A stretch of 64,000 nt of DNA from positions 39,033-103,032 of the forward strand of contig CAZMSE010000004.1 of assembly GCA_964568865.1 (NCBI GenBank). Direction: 5' to 3'. Position numbers and translations under genes: made by a program. The notes beneath the pieces were generated by a model. It ran no database searches and was not told the DNA's origin. It worked only from the letters and a program-made list of their open reading frames with translations. Of the stretch, positions 19,700 to 33,100 are shown in pieces (position 1 is the stretch's first letter; every line of letters starts with the position of its first letter). The stretch is from an uncultured Saprospiraceae bacterium (lineage in GTDB: Bacteria > Bacteroidota > Bacteroidia > Chitinophagales > Saprospiraceae).

Positions 19700-20146
19700 A
19701 TGGAATTGTACAATTTGAAACCGGCAAAAGGTGCTACACATCGCGAAAAAAGAATAGCCAGAGGTGAAGGATCAGGACATGGAGGAACTGCCGGAAAAGG
19801 TCATAAAGGGATGAAAGCGCGCTCAGGGGCCACCACCACAAAATCCTTTGAAGGTGGTCAAACACCTTTACAACGACGACTTCCTAAATTTGGTTTCAAG
19901 AACATCAACCGGATCGAATATAAGGAAGTTAATTTATCCAACTTGGAAAAGTACGCCAATGAATACAGCTCCACGGAGTTCGACATGGCATTCTTTGTTG
20001 GAAATAAAATATTTAATAAGTCCGATCGGGTTAAAATTTTAGGCAATGGGGAAGTGACGAAAGCATACCGTGTAAAAGTGCATGCTTGTTCAGCTTCGGC
20101 CAAATCTAAAATTGAAGCTGCTGGAGGATCTGTTGACCTGATTTAA
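19700..20146 (+). CDS. rplO: 50S ribosomal protein L15
   Basis: LKPAKGATHREKRIARGEGSGHGGTAGKGHKG... Confidence 0.97.
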   Translation: MELYNLKPAKGATHREKRIARGEGSGHGGTAGKGHKGMKARSGATTTKSFEGGQTPLQRRLPKFGFKNINRIEYKEVNLSNLEKYANEYSSTEFDMAFFVGNKIFNKSDRVKILGNGEVTKAYRVKVHACSASAKSKIEAAGGSVDLI

Positions 20147-20155
20147 TCGAAATCC

Positions 20156-21511
20156 ATGAAAAAACTGATAGAGACTTTTAAAAATATATGGAGCATTCAT
20201 GAACTAAAGGATAAAATCATTTATTCATTGACCTTGCTCATTATTTTCAGAGTAGGTTCCTTTATTGTTCTTCCAGGTGTCGACCCATCGATTCTTGATC
20301 AAAAAAATACCAACTCGTCCAATAGTCTTTTTGGTCTGATTTCAAGTTATACCGGTGGTGCTTTTGACAAAGCGTCCATTTTTGCGCTTGGGGTTATGCC
20401 ATATATCACGGCATCCATCATCATCCAATTACTCGGTTTTGCCGTACCTTATTTTCAACGTTTGCAACAAAAAGAAGGCGAATCAGGTCGTAAAAAACTG
20501 AACCAGATGACCCGGATGCTGACCGTCCTCATAACCTTGGTTCAGGGTGGAGGTTACTTGACCTATGTTAAATCCATGGGAGCCGTTGATCCAAACGTGA
20601 GCGCATTCATTTTTTGGTTTTCCAACAGCATCATTTTGGCTGCAGGTACTATTTTCTGTATGTGGATAGGAGAGCGAATTACCGATCGCGGAATTGGGAA
20701 TGGTATTTCCATGCTCATCATGGTGGGTATTGTCGCATCTTTACCCGGTGCGTTTGCATTCGAATTGAACTCACAACAATTATTGCTTTTTGTTGTCGAA
20801 TTGATCGTATTGTTTTTGATTGTAATCGCTTGTATCTTGGTTATCCAGGGTGTAAGACGGATTCCTATACAGTTTGCCAAACGGATGGTTGGAAGGGGCG
20901 CTGGTTCTATGCCAGTGGGAACTAATCGGGACTTCATTCCACTTAAAGTCAATGCAGCTGGCGTTATGCCCATCATTTTTGCACAGGCGATTTTGTTTTT
21001 ACCGCTTACTGCCGTTCAATATATGACCGCAGATCCAACTTTTGGTACTACAGGCGTAATGAAGGCCATTACAGATCCTTATGGATTCTGGCACAACTTA
21101 TTGACTTTTCTACTGGTAGTAGGATTCACCTACATTTATACAGCATTGATTGTAAATCCCCAGAATTATGCCGAATACCTAAAAAGGCAGAATGCTTTTA
21201 TTCCTGGCATCAAACCAGGTGAAGATACCGAAGAATTCATCGATGCAACTACTACCAGAATCACATTACCCGGTTCCATATTTCTTGGAATTTTAACCAT
21301 ATTACCTTCATTGGCCGTATTAATGGGGGTCAATCCTGAATTTGCAAGATTTTTTGGGGGATCCTCCGTTTTGATTATGGTGGGTGTTATTCTGGATACA
21401 CTGGCTGTTATAGAATCTTACTTGTTGATGCGTAAATACGATGGCTTGGTAAAATCTGGACGAATCGAAGGCCGGTTCAGTCAAGGTGTTGGACCCGTCG
21501 TCAACGGATAA
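20156..21511 (+). CDS. secY: preprotein translocase subunit SecY
   Basis: 451 aa, 10 TM, ...IFALGVMPYITASIIIQLL... Confidence 0.97.
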   Translation: MKKLIETFKNIWSIHELKDKIIYSLTLLIIFRVGSFIVLPGVDPSILDQKNTNSSNSLFGLISSYTGGAFDKASIFALGVMPYITASIIIQLLGFAVPYFQRLQQKEGESGRKKLNQMTRMLTVLITLVQGGGYLTYVKSMGAVDPNVSAFIFWFSNSIILAAGTIFCMWIGERITDRGIGNGISMLIMVGIVASLPGAFAFELNSQQLLLFVVELIVLFLIVIACILVIQGVRRIPIQFAKRMVGRGAGSMPVGTNRDFIPLKVNAAGVMPIIFAQAILFLPLTAVQYMTADPTFGTTGVMKAITDPYGFWHNLLTFLLVVGFTYIYTALIVNPQNYAEYLKRQNAFIPGIKPGEDTEEFIDATTTRITLPGSIFLGILTILPSLAVLMGVNPEFARFFGGSSVLIMVGVILDTLAVIESYLLMRKYDGLVKSGRIEGRFSQGVGPVVNG

Positions 21512-21520
21512 TTAATCTTC

Positions 21521-22321
21521 ATGGTAACCCTCAAATCAGAGGAGGAAATTTTAAAAATTAAAGCAAGCAGTCTTCTGGTCAGCCAAACGCTGGCAGAGGT
21601 AGCAAAAATTATAAGGCCAGGAATTACTGGCATGGAGTTAGACCGTTTAGCAGAAACATTTATAGGAGACCATTATGCTAAGGCGGCCTTCAAAGGATAT
21701 AATGGATTTCCAGGTAGTTTGTGTATTTCAGTCAACGAACAGGTGGTACATGGCATTCCAAATCAATTGCCCTTCCGTGAAGGAGACGTAGTATCCGTTG
21801 ATTGCGGAGTTTTACTGAATGGATATTTCGGCGATGCAGCTTATACCTTCGCACTTAATCCAGTTCTTGAGGGAGTTTCAGTATTGCTTCAAGTGACTAA
21901 AAAATCCCTTCAACTTGGAATCGACCAAGCATTTGCAGGTAATCGAATCGGTGATATTAGCCAGGCCATTCAGGATTATACCGAAGGCATTCATCATTTT
22001 GGAGTGGTTCGGGAACTCGTAGGGCATGGTATTGGAAAATCACTACACGAACCTCCTGAAGTTCCGAATTTTGGAAAAAGGGGCCGTGGAATGGTCTTGA
22101 AAGAAGGACTAACCCTGGCGATAGAACCCATGATCAATTTGGGAACGCGTCGGGTGAAACAACTCAAGGACGGATGGACGATCATTACACAAGATAAAAA
22201 GGTATCCGCCCACTATGAACACACTATCGTGGTAAGAAAAGATAGGGGTGAATGCCTTTCTGATCATAGGATTATTGAAGATTCTATTAAAAATAACAAA
22301 GAATTGACAGAAATTGCGTAA
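21521..22321 (+). CDS. map: type I methionine aminopeptidase
   Basis: VVHGIP...DCG...HGIG...EPM...EHT metal-ligand pattern. Confidence 0.96.
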   Translation: MVTLKSEEEILKIKASSLLVSQTLAEVAKIIRPGITGMELDRLAETFIGDHYAKAAFKGYNGFPGSLCISVNEQVVHGIPNQLPFREGDVVSVDCGVLLNGYFGDAAYTFALNPVLEGVSVLLQVTKKSLQLGIDQAFAGNRIGDISQAIQDYTEGIHHFGVVRELVGHGIGKSLHEPPEVPNFGKRGRGMVLKEGLTLAIEPMINLGTRRVKQLKDGWTIITQDKKVSAHYEHTIVVRKDRGECLSDHRIIEDSIKNNKELTEIA

Positions 22322-22354
22322 AAAGATAGATATTTGCAGTCCGAAAAAAAGTAG

Positions 22355-22573
22355 ATGGCAAAAAAAGACCTGATTACCCAGGATGGTATCATTGAAGAAG
22401 CATTATCCAACGCCATGTTCCGGGTAAGACTCCAAAATGACCACCTGATCATAGCAACGATTTCGGGAAAAATGCGAATGAATTACATCAGGATATTGCC
22501 AGGCGACAAAGTTTCGGTAGAAATGAGTCCCTATGATTTGTCAAGGGGCAGAATTACATACAGATATAAATAA
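22355..22573 (+). CDS. infA: translation initiation factor IF-1
   Basis: ...[53 protein letters not shown]. Confidence 0.98.
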   Translation: MAKKDLITQDGIIEEALSNAMFRVRLQNDHLIIATISGKMRMNYIRILPGDKVSVEMSPYDLSRGRITYRYK

Positions 22574-22580
22574 GCCGGTC

Positions 22581-22697
22581 ATGAAAGTTAGAGCGTCCGT
22601 CAAAAAAAGAACAGCAGATTGCAAGTTTGTCCGCAGAAAGGGCAAATTGTACATTATTAATAAAAAGAATCCTAAGTACAAACAACGTCAGGGTTAA
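22581..22697 (+). CDS. rpmJ: 50S ribosomal protein L36 (38 aa, absent from the ORF track; single-Cys C-minus type)
   Basis: Own translation: [41 protein letters not shown] 22581, TAA 22695-22697. Confidence 0.93.
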   Translation: MKVRASVKKRTADCKFVRRKGKLYIINKKNPKYKQRQG

Positions 22698-22712
22698 TTA
22701 TAATTCGCGAGT

Positions 22713-23090
22713 ATGGCACGTATATCAGGTATCGATTTACCCAGAAAAAAGAGAGGCGTAATAGGCCTTACCTACATTTATGGCATTGGGCCCACTTCTG
22801 CAAAGAATATTTTATCCAAGGTGGGTATCAATGAAAGTACCCGGGTAGAAGACTGGTCAAATGATCAGGTTCAGGCAATTGCCAAGGTCATTCAGGAGGA
22901 ATACCGTGTGGAAGGGGAGCTGAGATCGGACGTTCAATTAAGCATTAAACGACTGATGGACATCGCAAGTTATCGCGGGATTCGACATAGAAAAGGTTTG
23001 CCGGTCAGAGGTCAACGAACCAAAACCAACGCAAGAACCCGTAAAGGAAAAAGAAAGACGGTTGCAAACAAGAAAAAAGCTACTAAATAA
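22713..23090 (+). CDS. rpsM: 30S ribosomal protein S13
   Basis: [26 protein letters not shown]...[27 protein letters not shown]. Confidence 0.98.
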   Translation: MARISGIDLPRKKRGVIGLTYIYGIGPTSAKNILSKVGINESTRVEDWSNDQVQAIAKVIQEEYRVEGELRSDVQLSIKRLMDIASYRGIRHRKGLPVRGQRTKTNARTRKGKRKTVANKKKATK

Positions 23091-23108
23091 TATTAGAGTA
23101 CTCATTAT

Positions 23109-23495
23109 ATGGCAAAGGGCAAAAAGGCTAAAAAAAGAAAAGTTAAAGTGGATGCCGACGGATTGGCATACATTCAGGCAACTTTCAACAACATCATTAT
23201 TTCACTGACCAACAGAGCTGGTGAAGTTATTTCCTGGGCTAGTGCTGGAAAGGCGGGTTTTAAAGGATCAAAAAAGAACACGCCGTTTGCAGCCCAGATG
23301 TCTGCCAACAGTGCTGCATCAACAGCTTTTGAAGCCGGGATGCGTTCTGCTGAGGTCTATGTAAAAGGCCCCGGCTCAGGTAGGGAAGCCGCTATTCGTG
23401 CATTGGACGGTGCGGGTATTCGCATTACCAAAATAACAGACCTTACTCCGATACCACACAATGGTTGTCGTCCTCCAAAACATAGAAGAGTATAA
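23109..23495 (+). CDS. rpsK: 30S ribosomal protein S11
   Basis: ...[28 protein letters not shown]...[15 protein letters not shown]. Confidence 0.98.
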   Translation: MAKGKKAKKRKVKVDADGLAYIQATFNNIIISLTNRAGEVISWASAGKAGFKGSKKNTPFAAQMSANSAASTAFEAGMRSAEVYVKGPGSGREAAIRALDGAGIRITKITDLTPIPHNGCRPPKHRRV

Positions 23496-23516
23496 TTTAA
23501 ATTAGGAAAAGAGCTT

Positions 23517-24128
23517 ATGGCTAGATATACAGGTCCGGTTACCAAAAAATCAAGATCCTTTGGACAGTCCCTTACGGGATATGATAAGTCTTTTGAGCGT
23601 AAGAAATATGCTCCGGGGCAACATGGTCCAACGAAAAGGAAAAAGCAACGATCAGATTATGCTTTGCAGTTGATTGAAAAGCAAAAGGCAAAATATACTT
23701 ACGGTGTATTGGAAAGACAATTCAGAAACATCTTTCACGACGCACATAAAAAACAAGGTGTTACCGGGGAAAACCTTTTTCAATATCTGGAAGCCCGTTT
23801 GGATAATACCGTTTATAGAATGGGAATTTCTCCAACACGTAAAGGAGCCCGTCAGTTGGTATCTCACCGGCATATCATGGTAAATGGCAAATTGGTGAAC
23901 ATACCTTCTTGCCGATTGAGACCTGGAGATGTAGTATCCGTAAGAGGTAAATCACAAGGATTGGAATTCATCCAACACAATGTGGCTCAAAAAAACGATA
24001 CCCGTAAATACAGTTGGTTGGAATGGAATCCAGACAAAATGGAAGGAACTTTTATTCAATATCCAACACGCGATCAAGTTCCGGAACCCATCAACGAACA
24101 GTTGATCGTCGAATTATATTCTAAATAA
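23517..24128 (+). CDS. rpsD: 30S ribosomal protein S4
   Basis: [13 protein letters not shown]...LERQFRN...[30 protein letters not shown]. Confidence 0.98.
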   Translation: MARYTGPVTKKSRSFGQSLTGYDKSFERKKYAPGQHGPTKRKKQRSDYALQLIEKQKAKYTYGVLERQFRNIFHDAHKKQGVTGENLFQYLEARLDNTVYRMGISPTRKGARQLVSHRHIMVNGKLVNIPSCRLRPGDVVSVRGKSQGLEFIQHNVAQKNDTRKYSWLEWNPDKMEGTFIQYPTRDQVPEPINEQLIVELYSK

Positions 24129-24158
24129 GCATTACCCAATTTTACAAATAATTCAAGC

Positions 24159-25157
24159 ATGAGTATACTAAACTTTCAAAAGCCGGATAAGATAATACTT
24201 CAAAAAGCAACCGACTTTGAAGGCACGTTTGAATTCAAACCCCTTGAACCCGGATTTGGACAAACCGTTGGTAACTCACTGAGGAGAATATTACTTTCAT
24301 CTCTGGAAGGTTTTGCCATCTCCTATGTCAGAATAGCAGGAGTTGAACATGAATTTTCTACCATTAAAGGAGTTATGGAAGATGTGGTTGAAATCATTTT
24401 GAACCTCAAGCAGATTCGCCTTAAACCCGCAATGGATGCAAATTCTTTGAAAGAAGAGAAAATTTATATCTCCATTAGTGGAAAAGAATCTTTTGTTGCC
24501 GGCGATATTCAAAAAGCAACCAATGTATTCACGGTTACCAATCCAGATTTAGTCATTTGCCGGATGGAACCATTTGTCAATCTAGAAATGGAATTGACTA
24601 TTTCAAAAGGAAGGGGATATGTTCCGGCTGACGAAATGATTACCAAAGACCTTCCCATCGGAATTATTCCGGTAGATGCCATTTATACACCGATTAAAAA
24701 AGTTTCATATAGTGTTTCCAATACACGGGTAGGTCAAAAAACAGACTTCGAGAAACTGGTGATGGATATAAAAACGGATGGAACAATTCATCCTGAAGAT
24801 GCTGTAAAAGAAGCAGCAAGAATCATGATCCAACACTTGATGCTTATCACGGATGAGAACATCACATTTGAAGATTCTGTTCGCAAAGAAGATGTGATCG
24901 TAGATGAACACATTTTGCATATGCGAAAACTGTTGAAAACACCATTGGAAGACTTGGATCTCAGCGTTAGAGCTTACAACTGTTTGAAAGCAGCAAAAAT
25001 TAATTCTTTGTCCGAATTGGTGAGATATGATACCCATGAGTTGTTGAAGTTCCGCAACTTTGGTAAGAAATCCCTGGTTGAGATTGAAGAATTACTACAA
25101 ACCAAAAACCTGAGTTTTGGAATGGATTTATCTAAATTCAAACTAGACGAAGATTAA
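24159..25157 (+). CDS. rpoA: DNA-directed RNA polymerase subunit alpha
   Basis: 332 aa. N-terminal domain [12 protein letters not shown]-terminal domain [23 protein letters not shown]. Confidence 0.98.
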   Translation: MSILNFQKPDKIILQKATDFEGTFEFKPLEPGFGQTVGNSLRRILLSSLEGFAISYVRIAGVEHEFSTIKGVMEDVVEIILNLKQIRLKPAMDANSLKEEKIYISISGKESFVAGDIQKATNVFTVTNPDLVICRMEPFVNLEMELTISKGRGYVPADEMITKDLPIGIIPVDAIYTPIKKVSYSVSNTRVGQKTDFEKLVMDIKTDGTIHPEDAVKEAARIMIQHLMLITDENITFEDSVRKEDVIVDEHILHMRKLLKTPLEDLDLSVRAYNCLKAAKINSLSELVRYDTHELLKFRNFGKKSLVEIEELLQTKNLSFGMDLSKFKLDED

Positions 25158-25192
25158 TCATCAGTAGCGTTAAGAGCGAAAAATATTAAGCC

Positions 25193-25681
25193 ATGCGACA
25201 CGGAAAAGCATTCAATCATTTAAGTCGGAAGAAGGGTAGCAGGACTTCTCTGTTGAGAAATTTGGCAATTTCATTGATCAGACACAAACGGATCAATACG
25301 ACTCTGGCAAAAGCAAAAGCACTAAGGGTTTTTATCGAACCTTTGCTTACCAAATCAAAAAACAATACGACGCACAGCCGTAGGATTGTATTCAGTTATT
25401 TGCAAAATAAAGAAGCCATTGATGAACTTTTCAGCGGCGTTGCAACTAAAATTGCAGACCGCCCAGGTGGTTATACCCGGGTGATTCGTACAGGCTTTCG
25501 TTTGGGAGATGGTGCCGAAATGGCCATGATTGAAATGGTAGATTACAACTCCGAAATGGTGTCTGCTTCACAAGCAGGTGCTCCAGAAGAGGCTAAGAAA
25601 AAAACACGCCGTGGCGCGCGTAAGAAAAAACAGGAAAGCGCTGTTGAAAAACAATCAGAAGTACAAGAAAGTAATGCATAA
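25193..25681 (+). CDS. rplQ: 50S ribosomal protein L17 (with charged C-terminal extension)
   Basis: [25 protein letters not shown]..., with a tail rich in K/E/Q. Confidence 0.97.
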   Translation: MRHGKAFNHLSRKKGSRTSLLRNLAISLIRHKRINTTLAKAKALRVFIEPLLTKSKNNTTHSRRIVFSYLQNKEAIDELFSGVATKIADRPGGYTRVIRTGFRLGDGAEMAMIEMVDYNSEMVSASQAGAPEEAKKKTRRGARKKKQESAVEKQSEVQESNA

Positions 25682-25683
25682 CT

Positions 25684-25711
25684 AAAAGCGGCCATTGGCC
25701 GCTTTTTTTTT
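25684..25711 (+). terminator. rho-independent terminator closing the ribosomal supercluster
   Basis: GCGGCC-att-GGCCGC stem followed by 9 T, starting 3 nt after the rplQ stop. Confidence 0.85.
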
Positions 25712-25763
25712 GTCACTGAATAAAATATCGAGCCAGGAAACGAACTGTCCATCAAATGGTTAA

Positions 25764-25771
25764 TATATTTG
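25764..25771 (+). promoter_or_regulatory. candidate -7 box (TATATTTG) for carA-eno
   Basis: Exact TAnnTTTG match 26 nt upstream of the carA ATG, downstream of the rplQ terminator. No clean -33 TTTG seen. Confidence 0.35.
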
Positions 25772-25796
25772 TGAAAATTTAATATAAATTAATTGC

Positions 25797-28210
<2,414 letters not shown>

Positions 28211-28218
28211 ATATTATA

Positions 28219-28226
28219 TATATTTG
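28219..28226 (+). promoter_or_regulatory. candidate -7 box (TATATTTG) upstream of the ftsB-like gene and sucD
   Basis: Exact TAnnTTTG in the 36-nt eno/ftsB-like spacer, 21 nt before ATG 28247. Confidence 0.3.
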
Positions 28227-28246
28227 CCTAATATTCCCGTGATTAG

Positions 28247-28588
28247 ATGCAAAAGCTTAAAAAGCATGCCCTTCAATTGATCAAGTTAAAGGATTGGTTC
28301 CTCAGTTACCGATATGGCTTGGTTTTCCTGACCTTCGGACTTTACATGTATTTTTTTGATCAATACAGAATTCCTGTTGCCTGGTCCATTTATTCTGATA
28401 TGAAAATGCTGGAAGAAGAAAAAGAAGAATATGTTCAGTTAATTTCAAAACTTAGGGAGGATAAGCGTGATTTTGAGAATAATTATGAGAAATTTGCACG
28501 CGAAAAATATTTTATGTCCAGGACAGATGAAGATGTATTCATCATCCAACGTATCACTCCCAAGAAAAATAACAAATGGCAGTTTTAG
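28247..28588 (+). CDS. septum formation initiator family protein (FtsB/DivIC-like)
   Basis: 113 aa with a single TM followed by a coiled coil ([26 protein letters not shown]). The position after eno is widely conserved. Confidence 0.75.
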   Translation: MQKLKKHALQLIKLKDWFLSYRYGLVFLTFGLYMYFFDQYRIPVAWSIYSDMKMLEEEKEEYVQLISKLREDKRDFENNYEKFAREKYFMSRTDEDVFIIQRITPKKNNKWQF

Positions 28589-29448
28589 TAGGTGCAAATT
28601 CCCGGGTAATCGTTCAGGGTTTTACAGGTAAAGAAGGTACTTTTCATGCTGAACAAATGATCGCTTACGGCACGAATGTCGTAGGTGGGGTAACGCCAGG
28701 AAAAGGTGGCCAAATCCATCTTGAAAGACCTGTATTCAACACCGTTCAAGATGCGGTCAAGATGGCTGGAGCCAATGTTTCCATCATATTTGTGCCGCCA
28801 GCATTTGCGGCGGATGCCATCATGGAAGCCGCGGAAGCCGGAATTCAGATCATTGTATGCATTACTGAAGGTGTTCCGGTACAGGATATGGTAAAAGTCA
28901 AACAATATTTAAACAACTATCCTTGCCAACTAATAGGTCCAAATTGTCCGGGAATTATTACTCCAGGTGAAGCAAAAGTGGGCATTATGCCTGGTTTTAT
29001 TCATAAAAAAGGAAGCATCGGAATTGTATCCCGTTCAGGAACATTGACGTATGAAGCGGTTGATCAGGTAACCAAAGCTGGTTTGGGCCAGTCGACTTGT
29101 ATTGGCATTGGAGGTGATCCGATTCCTGGTACCACCACTTTAGAGGCCATCCAACTGCTCATGGCGGATTACCAAACAGAAGGAATTGTCATGATCGGAG
29201 AAATTGGAGGCAATATGGAAGCGGAGGCCGCTGAATGGATAAAAGCTCACGGTACCAAACCTGTTGTGGGATTTATTGCTGGAAAAACGGCTCCAAAGGG
29301 ACGTAAAATGGGCCACGCCGGTGCAATTATTGGTGGAAAAGCGGATACCGCTGAGGCAAAAATGGAAATCATGTCCCAATGTGGCATTCATGTTGTACAA
29401 TCTCCGGCAGACATCGGTATAACCATGAAAAAAGCCTTGGGATTATAA
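28576..29448 (+). CDS. sucD: succinate--CoA ligase subunit alpha
   Basis: [15 protein letters not shown]...phospho-His region MGHAGAII. Overlaps the ftsB-like gene by 13 nt. Confidence 0.97.
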   Translation: MAVLVGANSRVIVQGFTGKEGTFHAEQMIAYGTNVVGGVTPGKGGQIHLERPVFNTVQDAVKMAGANVSIIFVPPAFAADAIMEAAEAGIQIIVCITEGVPVQDMVKVKQYLNNYPCQLIGPNCPGIITPGEAKVGIMPGFIHKKGSIGIVSRSGTLTYEAVDQVTKAGLGQSTCIGIGGDPIPGTTTLEAIQLLMADYQTEGIVMIGEIGGNMEAEAAEWIKAHGTKPVVGFIAGKTAPKGRKMGHAGAIIGGKADTAEAKMEIMSQCGIHVVQSPADIGITMKKALGL

Positions 29449-29931
29449 TTGGGTATCTTGTACTTTTTCTTGTGATTTCTGTGTAGCGAAATATTTGGGA
29501 TGCACCCACAACATTCCAAAGGATTCGCCATCCTCCTTGGTCTTTTTGGAATGATGGGCTCCATGCGCTTTTAAAATGGCTCTGGAATAAAAATTGTCCA
29601 GCTGGTTAAACCACTTGAACCGACGATGTATGTAAACATCATGGACTAAAAAATAACACAACCCATAAATTGATATTCCGATTCCTATAAACAGGAGAAA
29701 CAGTAAATCTTGGTTGAAACTTCCCAGTAAGTAACACAATGCTGATGGTATGGCAAACACCAAAAAGAATCGGTCATTCTTTTCCCAAAATCCCTTTTTG
29801 AGTTGGACGGGATCATGATGATCAGCATGCCAGGACCAAAGAAACCCATGCATAACATATTTGTGGGTGAACCATGCGGCAAACTCCATAAAAAGAAAAG
29901 AAACAACTATCAATGCCAAAGCAACTATCAT
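29443..29931 (-). CDS. crtZ: beta-carotene hydroxylase (fatty-acid hydroxylase superfamily)
   Basis: 162 aa, 4 TM, histidine boxes HKYVMH, HADHHD, HDVYIH, HGAHHS. 3' end overlaps the sucD 3' end by 6 nt (convergent). Confidence 0.85.
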   Translation of the reverse strand: MIVALALIVVSFLFMEFAAWFTHKYVMHGFLWSWHADHHDPVQLKKGFWEKNDRFFLVFAIPSALCYLLGSFNQDLLFLLFIGIGISIYGLCYFLVHDVYIHRRFKWFNQLDNFYSRAILKAHGAHHSKKTKEDGESFGMLWVHPKYFATQKSQEKVQDTQL

Positions 29932-30126
29932 GTGGGTAACACATTTTATCCCTATCTAACAAATTGCTATTTGCATGGTTCAACCAAACTATTACAAAAT
30001 AAATAATGTAGAGTGCAACATCAGGTAATGAAATACTCAAACAGGAAACCAGAGTTTAATCTCATCCTGAAAATAAAACTAATTAATGGGATCTGCGATA
30101 CTGGCAATAAGAAAAATCAGTTCTTG

Positions 30127-33100
30127 TCATGCGTTTATCTCTTCTTCCTGATCTTCTTCCATCCTTTTCATTAGAGGAAGCTCAACAAAAAATCCAGTTC
30201 CTTTACCGGGCACTGTTTTGAAATAAATTTTTCCGTTAGCGGCTTCAATAATTTGCTGACACATGGCTAATCCCAATCCTGTTCCTGAGCTTTTTGAAGT
30301 GAAGTTTGGGAGAAAAACCTTTGGTTGTAATTCTTCAGGAATGCCACTTCCGTTGTCACGTACACAAATGATAGCGTTGCGTTGATTTGAGTCCAGGCTG
30401 ATTAGAATCTGTCCTCGACGATCATCGGGGATTGCTTGTATTGCATTATTGATTAAATTATTTAAAACGCGAAGTATTTGGTCTTTATCTGCATACACGT
30501 ATAACTCATCGATGGGAACCGTAAGGTGAATGTCTATGTCATCTCGTTTTCTAAATAGATCATGTGCAGAAGAAACGATTTCATTTAAGATTAACTTTTC
30601 GCTTTGTGCCTGTGGCATTTTCGCAAAATTACTGAACTCTGTGGCAATCTTGCTTAAACTGTTGATTTGTTCGATTAAAGTAGCGCATACTTTTTGGGCC
30701 ATATCTTTAATATCCTCCGATCCTGTACGCAAAGTTTGTTGTAAATATTGGATGGATAATTTCATTGGCGTCAACGGATTTTTTATTTCATGTGCAACTT
30801 GTTTAGCCATTTCTCTCCATGCCGAGTCTCTTTCATTCCTTGCAAGTAAACGGGCACTTTCATCCAATTGATTCACCATCTGATTATAATTCCGGATCAA
30901 CTCACCAATTTCGTCTTCACTTTTCCATTCCAGGACCTCGTTGGTTTTGCCAAGTCTGATGCTTCTTAATTTATCGGTGAGGTTGACCAATGGCGAAGTA
31001 ATTGAATTCGCTAGAAATGTGGCCAAACTTGCAGCAATAAGAAAAAGAAATACATAAATGTTAAGGAGTGTGTTGACTAAATTGGCCAGTCGAGTGTTAT
31101 AACTGAGTTCTTTTGATGCAACGGCTTCTACCTGAATAACGGATATTCTCTGGTTATTGAAAAAAATGTTGCGGTAAGCCAAAAATTCATCAGGATTCGA
31201 ATTTTTATTTAGGACAACTATATCCTCTGAATAATTGGGATATTGAAAAAAATAAGTGGGATTGAGTAAGTGACTAACATCGCTTAACGCAGCCAATTTA
31301 AGGGGTTCTGATTGTTCGAGTCCGTCATTGTTATAAACTTTAATCTCAAAATCCACCATTTGGCTGGATTGTTTGATTTGATTTTGTAGCATCGATTTCG
31401 CCTCTTCAGCATGTGGAGCATTGCGAATGGAGGATTCCAGAAAACTGCTTAAATTACTGGTTTTGCTGACTAAATTTTCTCGATAAATTTGATTTTCCGA
31501 TCGCCTGGTAAAAAATACAGTGGTCAAGGCGATAATTAAAAAGCTGATTACGATCCCAAGGATGACATAAAATTGAATTCTGTTTTTTAGTGAGGGTCTG
31601 TCGGGAAAACTAATCTGAAGGTCTTCAGGCAAAAAGGGATACCGCTGATGAATTAGACTGATGATGTAAGACAGCACGATCAACAAAGTAAAGAGGTAAG
31701 AAAAAAGTGAAATGCCATTCAGACTGGATTCAATTGGATTGGTTATGATCAGTAGTTGACTCCTCTTAGGTCTGAGCAGTAATACATCTTTATTGTTCTG
31801 TCTGATGTGTTTGATACTGTCTTTGTGAAGATAATTCAGACTCTGTGAGTAATTGGGTTTATAGACATTGCTGGAAAATTTTAATAAGCGGTCATCGTAG
31901 TAATAAAAGTCAAAATTATTGGTACTGCAGTTTTGGATCAGATCTGTTAAACAATCTGGTTCAGAACCTTCCAAACATTGAGTATAACGTTTGACTAATT
32001 GCTCTTTTACATATCGTCTTTTTTCATTTTGAAAATGGAAAATTAGACTTGAACTTAAAATACTAATCACAATAATCCAGGAAATTAACCATAGTATATT
32101 CTTTTGATAATCCTCCATGAAGAAATCCTGCATCCATATGATGATACTGGCTCCCAAAAGAAACACCATGGCATGTATCTGAAGTTGTGATTGAATGATA
32201 AATGGAATGGATATAGCTGCAGCGAATAAAAACAATAAAAATCTTTTTCTAAACTCCAATTGAAAGCTGTAAGTACTCGCTGTTAGCTTGTTGGTAATGA
32301 GGAAAATGGCCAAAAGCGAAACCATCAGATCAAATAGTAATATAAAATGTTGAACGTTTAATGAAAAAATGTTATTTAGATCAAAGTAATATTCTGAACG
32401 AACAAACACCGCATAAAACAAAAAGCAATAAATCATTAAAAAGAAAAATGCGGTAAGGTAATTGAACAGCACAATAATGTAGCTTGCTAATGCGGGCAAT
32501 ATCCGTGGACTTAATGTTGCATACTTGTAAAAGAAATAACTGAGATGAAAAAACAAACAGGTAAATACAGAAAATTCAAATAGTGTGTAATCGTAAAATT
32601 TAGTCTTAATGAGCTTATCCGTCAATACGCTGTGATAAAAATCATTTTGATGTACTATCCATTGGCACATACTTGCAGTAACCAAAACTCCTGTAATTAA
32701 AAAGAGATTACCCCAAGGAAAGTTGTTTTGATTGTAAAAGTATTTGGAAACGTAATGTACGGGGTAATAAAACAGCATCAGAACTAAAAAATAGAAAATG
32801 ATCAACAAATTACCGTAAACAGGAGCCAGGAAATCAGCATCGCATTGCAGGATGGCCAGTGCTTTTTTCGGCTGTTCGGGATGCTGGACTAAAAGACCAT
32901 TTCCATCTTTGATCCGGGTGATGAGATTCAATGGATGATATGCATTTCTGACAGAATTCAGTACCTGATAATGAATCAGGTCATAGGCCTGGCGAAATTG
33001 GTTTAACCTGGTTTTTTTTAATATGTAATATTGTTCTCGGTGTTTGATGATATGGAATCCGGCCGCTACGGAAGAATCTACCCATTGTGATTTTAGGAAA

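Noticed and set aside
8393-20976. Numerous 60-137-aa ORFs antisense to, or out of frame within, ribosomal-protein genes, fusA and secY (for example 9203-9565, 10082-10486, 18857-19216 and 20563-20976).
   Set aside because: They are shadow ORFs inside strongly conserved genes. Their compositions are low-complexity or odd, they have no independent start context, and they resemble no family.
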